In this document: piece by piece, positions 62,528 to 64,000 of the stretch
Position numbering within the stretch: position 1 is the stretch's first letter
Layout of the letters: every line of letters starts with the position of its first letter
Assembly (NCBI GenBank): GCA_963749495.1
Contig: CAVVMW010000006.1
Span: 608,001-672,000, forward strand
Source: an uncultured bacterium
GTDB lineage: Bacteria; Verrucomicrobiota; Verrucomicrobiia; Limisphaerales; UBA8199
Length of the DNA: 64,000 nucleotides
Direction: 5' to 3'
Program-made: the position numbers and the translations under genes
The notes under the pieces: model-generated
What the model was told of the DNA's origin: nothing
Database searches by the model: none
What the model saw: only the letters and a program-made list of their open reading frames with translations

Positions 62528-62631
62528 AATGACGAATGACGAATGACGAAAGGGACCGAAGGGACGCGGACTACTTCGTCATTCGCCATTCGTCATTCGT
62601 CATTCGTCATTCGTCATTCGTCATTCGTAAT
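62528..62631. repeat. Gene-less inverted pair (AATGACG)x3 / (CGTCATT)x7
   Basis: Same unit as the arrays flanking the four-helix bundle gene. Confidence 0.92.
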
Positions 62632-62695
62632 CCGCAACGCGCGACCAGAAAAAGCTTGCCCATCGTCCGTGGGGCCGGAAATGCTGGAGTACAGC

Positions 62696-64000
62696 ATGAC
62701 GACCAGCTACTTCGGCGCGGGGGATTGGGCGGTCATAGGCTTGTATTTGCTGGGCATCATCGGATTGGGGCTGTGGTTTGGCAAGGACCAGCACAACACG
62801 CGCGACTACTTCCTGGGCAGCAAGAGCGTGCCGTGGTGGGGCATCGGCCTGTCCATTGTCGCGGCCGAGACCAGTGCGTTGACGATCATCGGGGTGCCGG
62901 CGATGGCGTATGGGGACGACATCGCCTTCGTGCAGATGGTCATCGGCTACGTCATTGCGCGCATCATTTTGGCTGTCGTCCTGGTGCCGCACTATTTCAA
63001 AGGCGAGATCTATTCCCCATACCAACTGTTTGGCAACGCGTTCGGGCCTGCCGCCCGCCAGACCGCCGCGGGCTTTTTCCTGGTGAGCGAGACGCTGGCG
63101 GCGGGGGTGCGGGTGTACGTGGCCAGCATCCCGGTGAACCTGATGCTGGGAGACAAGCTGCTGGGTTGGGGCACCGGCAACCCGATCCTCGGGGCCATCC
63201 TGTTGTTCGTGACGCTCTCGCTGGTCTATACGTGCGTGGGAGGGGTCAAGGCGGTGATCTGGACCGACGCGGTGCAGTTTGGGCTGTTTGTCCTGGGGGG
63301 CGTTTTCGCGCTCTGTTATATCCCGAGCCTGGTCGAGGGAGGCGCCAGTGCCGTGCTGGCCAAGGCGGCGGCAGCGCACAAGCTGCACTGGCTGAACCTG
63401 GCGCCAGGGCCGGGGACCTCGATGGTGAAATTCCTGCTGGGGGCGCCTTTCAATCTCTGGATGGGCGTGATTGGCGGCACGGTGCTGGTGATGTCCTCGC
63501 ACGGGGCGGAGCAGTTGATCGTCCAGCGGGTGCTCGCGTGCAAATCCGTTGCGGACGGCCGAAAGGCGCTGGCGCTGAGCGCCGTGCTCATCTTCCCGCT
63601 CTTCCTGGTCTTCCTGCTGGTGGGCGCCATGCTCTGGGTCTTTTACCAGGGCCATCCTTTCCAAATCCCCCTGCCCGAATCGCGTCCGGGCATCAAGGCC
63701 AACGATTTCATCTTTCCCATCTTCATGATGACCCAGGTCCCGCACGTGCTCAAGGGCTTCCTGATCGTCGCCATCCTCTCGGCCGCCATGTCCTCGGTCA
63801 GCTCCGCCCTGACCTCGCTGGCCTCGGTCTCCACGATGGACTTCGTCCGGCACCTCCTGCCGCAGCGCAGCCAGGCCTTCTTTCTCCGGTTCAGCAAGCT
63901 CTCGACTGTGTTGTGGGCCGGGGCGCTCATTGGGGTGGCCTATCTGGGCCGGGAGGTGGAGTTTGTGTTGAACGCGGCCTTCTCGTTGCGGGGGCTGACC
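62696..64000 (+). CDS. Sodium:solute symporter (SSS) family transporter, partial
   Basis: DWAVIGLYLLGIIGLGLWFG...DYFLGSKSVPWW...SIVAAETS...GGVKAVIWTDAVQ; runs off the window end and so is absent from the ORF track. Confidence 0.92.
   Translation, partial: MTTSYFGAGDWAVIGLYLLGIIGLGLWFGKDQHNTRDYFLGSKSVPWWGIGLSIVAAETSALTIIGVPAMAYGDDIAFVQMVIGYVIARIILAVVLVPHYFKGEIYSPYQLFGNAFGPAARQTAAGFFLVSETLAAGVRVYVASIPVNLMLGDKLLGWGTGNPILGAILLFVTLSLVYTCVGGVKAVIWTDAVQFGLFVLGGVFALCYIPSLVEGGASAVLAKAAAAHKLHWLNLAPGPGTSMVKFLLGAPFNLWMGVIGGTVLVMSSHGAEQLIVQRVLACKSVADGRKALALSAVLIFPLFLVFLLVGAMLWVFYQGHPFQIPLPESRPGIKANDFIFPIFMMTQVPHVLKGFLIVAILSAAMSSVSSALTSLASVSTMDFVRHLLPQRSQAFFLRFSKLSTVLWAGALIGVAYLGREVEFVLNAAFSLRGLT

Noticed and set aside
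1..64000. tRNA or rRNA genes
   Set aside because: No cloverleaf/T-loop consensus or rRNA-like sequence recognised by eye; a tRNAscan-SE or barrnap run would confirm.

Overview
High-GC bacterial chromosome segment. Gene content (lamin-tail/CotH proteins, P-domain giant protein, four-helix-bundle and GxxExxY genes) suggests Verrucomicrobiota; this is an inference. Housekeeping genes are purS-purQ-purL, lpoB/COG3014/ycfL, pdxH, a ROK kinase, two thymidylate-kinase-like genes, ubiE/menG and an SSS symporter. They alternate with large secreted proteins, including a ~4,100-aa P-domain/Ig-repeat protein flanked by two HTH-only AraC genes, and with two accessory regions (7.5-13.6 kb and 43.7-61.6 kb). 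These regions hold an N6-MTase plus PD-(D/E)XK gene pair, other orphan nuclease-like genes, IS4, many RAYT remnants, a MITE with 9-bp target-site duplication (TSD) and two group II introns. The most unusual feature is a nested set of short tandem repeats. 7-mer arrays in inverted pairs flank a four-helix-bundle gene, and 9-mer arrays flank GxxExxY genes. Gene-less copies sit at gene ends, several supplying the stop codon, or in frame inside purL, purQ and ubiE. An ORF-less group II intron is inserted exactly into the 9-mer array and carries a complementary putative EBS1. Scattered single-base frameshifts suggest indel errors in the assembly.
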